From Polyangiales bacterium (GTDB lineage Bacteria > Myxococcota_A > Polyangia > Polyangiales > Ga0077539): DNA of 64,000 nucleotides. Each line of letters begins with the position of its first letter. The first letter of the stretch is position 1. The notes under the pieces were generated by a model. The model ran no database searches. It saw only the letters and a program-made list of their open reading frames with translations, and was not told the DNA's origin. This document shows positions 61,895 to 64,000 of the stretch, piece after piece. The stretch covers positions 32,001 through 96,000 of the forward strand of contig JBGARZ010000009.1 of assembly GCA_044229975.1 (NCBI GenBank). The letters are read 5' to 3'. A program made the position numbers and the translations under genes.

Positions 61895-62314
61895 TCAGGC
61901 GGCCTCGCCGTGCATCGACGGCGGCATGAACGGCCCCCACGCCTGACACCCACGCCGCCAGTCCCAGTTGATGCGCTCGCAGCACTCCGACCACGACAGC
62001 GCGGCGTCGCCCTCGTTGCTGCACACCTCGCCGAGGTCCCCGGCCACCTCGCTCGCGTCGACCATATCGACCGCGTCGACGGGGGCGCCGGCGTCGACGG
62101 CGAGGGCGACGTCCACGGCGGCGGGCGTATCGGCGGTGGCGACGGGGGTGTCGACGGCGGGTGCGACGTCGGCGGCGACGACACTGCCGTCGACGGTGGA
62201 GGCGCAGCCGGCGAGGACGGCGGTCATGGTGAGGGTGACGGCGCGGGCGGCGCGGAGGGCGCGCTCCTGGGCGCGACGGACTCGCTCAACGGACTCGGGG
62301 GCGGTGCTGCGCAT
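61895..62314 (-). CDS. Small lipoprotein-like protein with an acidic linker and Cys/Trp-rich C-terminus
   Basis: Basic leader with RR, LAGC, A/D/V/P linker, CSN...WSECCERINWDWRRGCQAWGPFMPP; 3 bp from the ferritin-like ATG. Confidence 0.75.
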   Translation of the reverse strand: MRSTAPESVERVRRAQERALRAARAVTLTMTAVLAGCASTVDGSVVAADVAPAVDTPVATADTPAAVDVALAVDAGAPVDAVDMVDASEVAGDLGEVCSNEGDAALSWSECCERINWDWRRGCQAWGPFMPPSMHGEAA

Positions 62315-62457
62315 GGCGGTGGGTCTCCGGCGGACGAGAGGGAAGATCGGTCGGCTCGAAGACCATGATGAGCGTGTGGCGGAGCGTTGAGAATCGGTAT
62401 GTCGTGTATGCGATTGTATCGAATCGGTTGATGGTGAGGCGACTGCGACAGGAGACG

Positions 62458-62582
62458 GGCCGCAAGGGCGCAAGGGTCGCAAGGTCTGAAATGAAAGAGG
62501 GAATGGGCTTGGACACGCTTCGCCGAAGCCCAACCAATCATCATTCACTTCTGACCCCTGCGCCCCTTGCGCCCTTGCGGCC
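62458..62582. repeat. CGCAAGG inverted-repeat element
   Basis: GGCCGCAAGGGCGCAAGGG (62458-62476) and CCCTTGCGCCCTTGCGGCC (62564-62582), perfect over 19 bp. Confidence 0.85.
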
Positions 62583-62632
62583 GTCGTCTCTCCGCGGCCG
62601 TCGTCTCTCCGCGGCCGTCGTCTCTCCGCGGC
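62577..62632. repeat. 17-bp tandem repeat GCGGCCGTCGTCTCTCC, 3.3 copies
   Basis: Exact copies start at 62577, 62594 and 62611. Confidence 0.9.
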
Positions 62633-62641
62633 TGGCGGGTG

Positions 62642-63430
62642 TCAGCGGATGGCGCGGCGGATGACGGCGGGGTCCCAGCGGTCGGCGGCGATGTCGTCGA
62701 GGGCCTCGCGCAGCGGGAGGTCGGCGCTCGCGGCGGCGGCGACGCGCACGCGGGTGCGGCCGTCGTCACCGCCCGCGGCGAGGGCGATGGCGGCGGCGAC
62801 GCGCAGCTCGGGGGTGGCGTCGCGGGCGGTGACGGCGCGTTCGAGGTCGGTGAGGTCGACGGCGGCGTCGCGGTAGGCGGACGACCCGACGGCCAGCGCG
62901 CGGAGGGCGTCGCGCCACTCGGTGACGTCGCGGTTGCGGCGCTGGAGGGCGGCCAGCGCGGTGCTCGGCGCGTCGGGCGGATGGGCGATCTCGGCGCGCA
63001 GGTCGGCGACGAGGCGGCGGTCGCGCGCGGGCTCGGGGCTGCTCACGCGGAGGGTGACCTGCTCGCCGGAGTGGAGCGTGAGGGCGATGTCGAAGCGCAC
63101 CTGCTTCACCGCGCGAACGAATCGCCACGGGATGAAGCGCGGCCGACGACCCGAGAGGATGGTGAGCCCGTCGTGGCCGAGCAGCAGCTCCACGGGAGCA
63201 AACGCGCGCATCGACTGGAGCAGGATGAGCGCCGACGCGAGCATGATGACGAGCACGACGACCCACGGGGTCTCGCGGAAGAGCAGCAGCGTGAGCGCGA
63301 CGATGGGGGTGAGCTGGAGGCCGAAGAAGGCCAGCGCGAGGAGGCCGCGGAGGGGTCCGTGCCAGGGGGTTCCGAGGAGCACGCGGCGGAGGGTCAAGGC
63401 GTCGGAGCTGGGCGGGTCGGAGGGCGGCAC
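62642..63430 (-). CDS. Hypothetical membrane protein (two TM segments, PH-like middle, helical C-terminus)
   Basis: Probable GTG start at 63430; GHDGLTI..RFIPW, SAYRDAAV, RVAAAIAL. Confidence 0.6.
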   Translation of the reverse strand: MPPSDPPSSDALTLRRVLLGTPWHGPLRGLLALAFFGLQLTPIVALTLLLFRETPWVVVLVIMLASALILLQSMRAFAPVELLLGHDGLTILSGRRPRFIPWRFVRAVKQVRFDIALTLHSGEQVTLRVSSPEPARDRRLVADLRAEIAHPPDAPSTALAALQRRNRDVTEWRDALRALAVGSSAYRDAAVDLTDLERAVTARDATPELRVAAAIALAAGGDDGRTRVRVAAAASADLPLREALDDIAADRWDPAVIRRAIR

Positions 63431-63435
63431 CGGGT

Positions 63436-64000
63436 CTATCGGGTCGCGGGGCGGAGGGCGGTGGGGACGCCGTAGCGGTGGTCGAGCGCATCGAGCGCGC
63501 GGGCCCAGCGGGAGCCGGAGAGCCCGCGGGCGCGGTCGATGCGGAGCTGCGCCTGGTGCCACGCGACGACGTGACGGAAGGGCGGGCGGGCGACGTGGCG
63601 CGCGAGCAGCGAGGCGTGGTGGAGGGCGTCGAAGGCGCGCTGGTCGGCGCGTGTCCAGGGGAGCTCGAAGGCGTCGCGCCAGCGCGGTGGGAGCAAGCCC
63701 GCGGTGACCACGCGCTCGAAGGGCGTGTGGGAGAGCGGCGTGTCGAGGAGGGCGCGAGCGACGGTGCGCGCGTGGCGGCCGACGTAGAGATCGGGGTCGT
63801 CGAGGGCAGCATCGAACCACGCGTCGAAGGCGGCGCGGTCGACGGGCCAGCGATCGGGACGAACGCCCGACAGCGCGGAGCTGAGGACGAAGTCGTCGTA
63901 GTCGCGCTTGGACTCGGCGGAGGTGAGCGGTCGGACGAAGATCTCGAAGGCGGCGGTGGAGCCGACGCGCACGGTGGCGGCGACCCAACGCAGGAGGTGC
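63436..64000 (-). CDS. Oxygenase MpaB / DUF2236 family protein (start outside the window)
   Basis: HLLRWVAAT..AFEIFVRPLTSAE, WP.DRAAFDAWF, TAGLLPPRWRDAFELPW. Confidence 0.7.
   Translation of the reverse strand, partial: HLLRWVAATVRVGSTAAFEIFVRPLTSAESKRDYDDFVLSSALSGVRPDRWPVDRAAFDAWFDAALDDPDLYVGRHARTVARALLDTPLSHTPFERVVTAGLLPPRWRDAFELPWTRADQRAFDALHHASLLARHVARPPFRHVVAWHQAQLRIDRARGLSGSRWARALDALDHRYGVPTALRPATR

Noticed and set aside
62577..62632. CRISPR array
   Set aside because: The repeats are contiguous with no spacers, and there are no cas genes.

Overview
Very GC-rich chromosomal window whose gene content looks myxobacterial (Polyangiaceae/Sandaracinaceae-like: DUF1552/DUF1592 pair, many Cys-rich lipoproteins, a recA that may be a second copy). 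This taxonomic call is an inference. I found about 55 genes and no rRNA, tRNA, CRISPR array or transposase. Recognisable modules: LysR-pirin; a carotenoid oxygenase with two thiolases; amtB; Coq4 / TetR / P450; two EutN/CcmL microcompartment vertex genes with a class II aldolase; recA with a sigma-54-like promoter; a PHM-like copper monooxygenase divergent from a CX4CH cytochrome; a peptide-ligase-type system (circularly permuted ATP-grasp, alpha-E, Ntn-amidotransferase/transglutaminase fusion, transglutaminase-DUF2126); cysC-sir-cysH with an XRE-cupin regulator and an Ssu/Tau-type ABC transporter. The best candidates for undescribed systems are a stand-alone LanM-type dehydratase domain with no cyclase, a ferritin-like diiron enzyme coupled to a small Cys/Trp-tailed lipoprotein, the ATP-grasp/alpha-E system whose fused Ntn domain has Thr where Cys1 is expected, and a dispersed CGCAAGG inverted-repeat family. 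All product calls come from motif recognition by eye; no database search was run, and several start codons are my best estimates.
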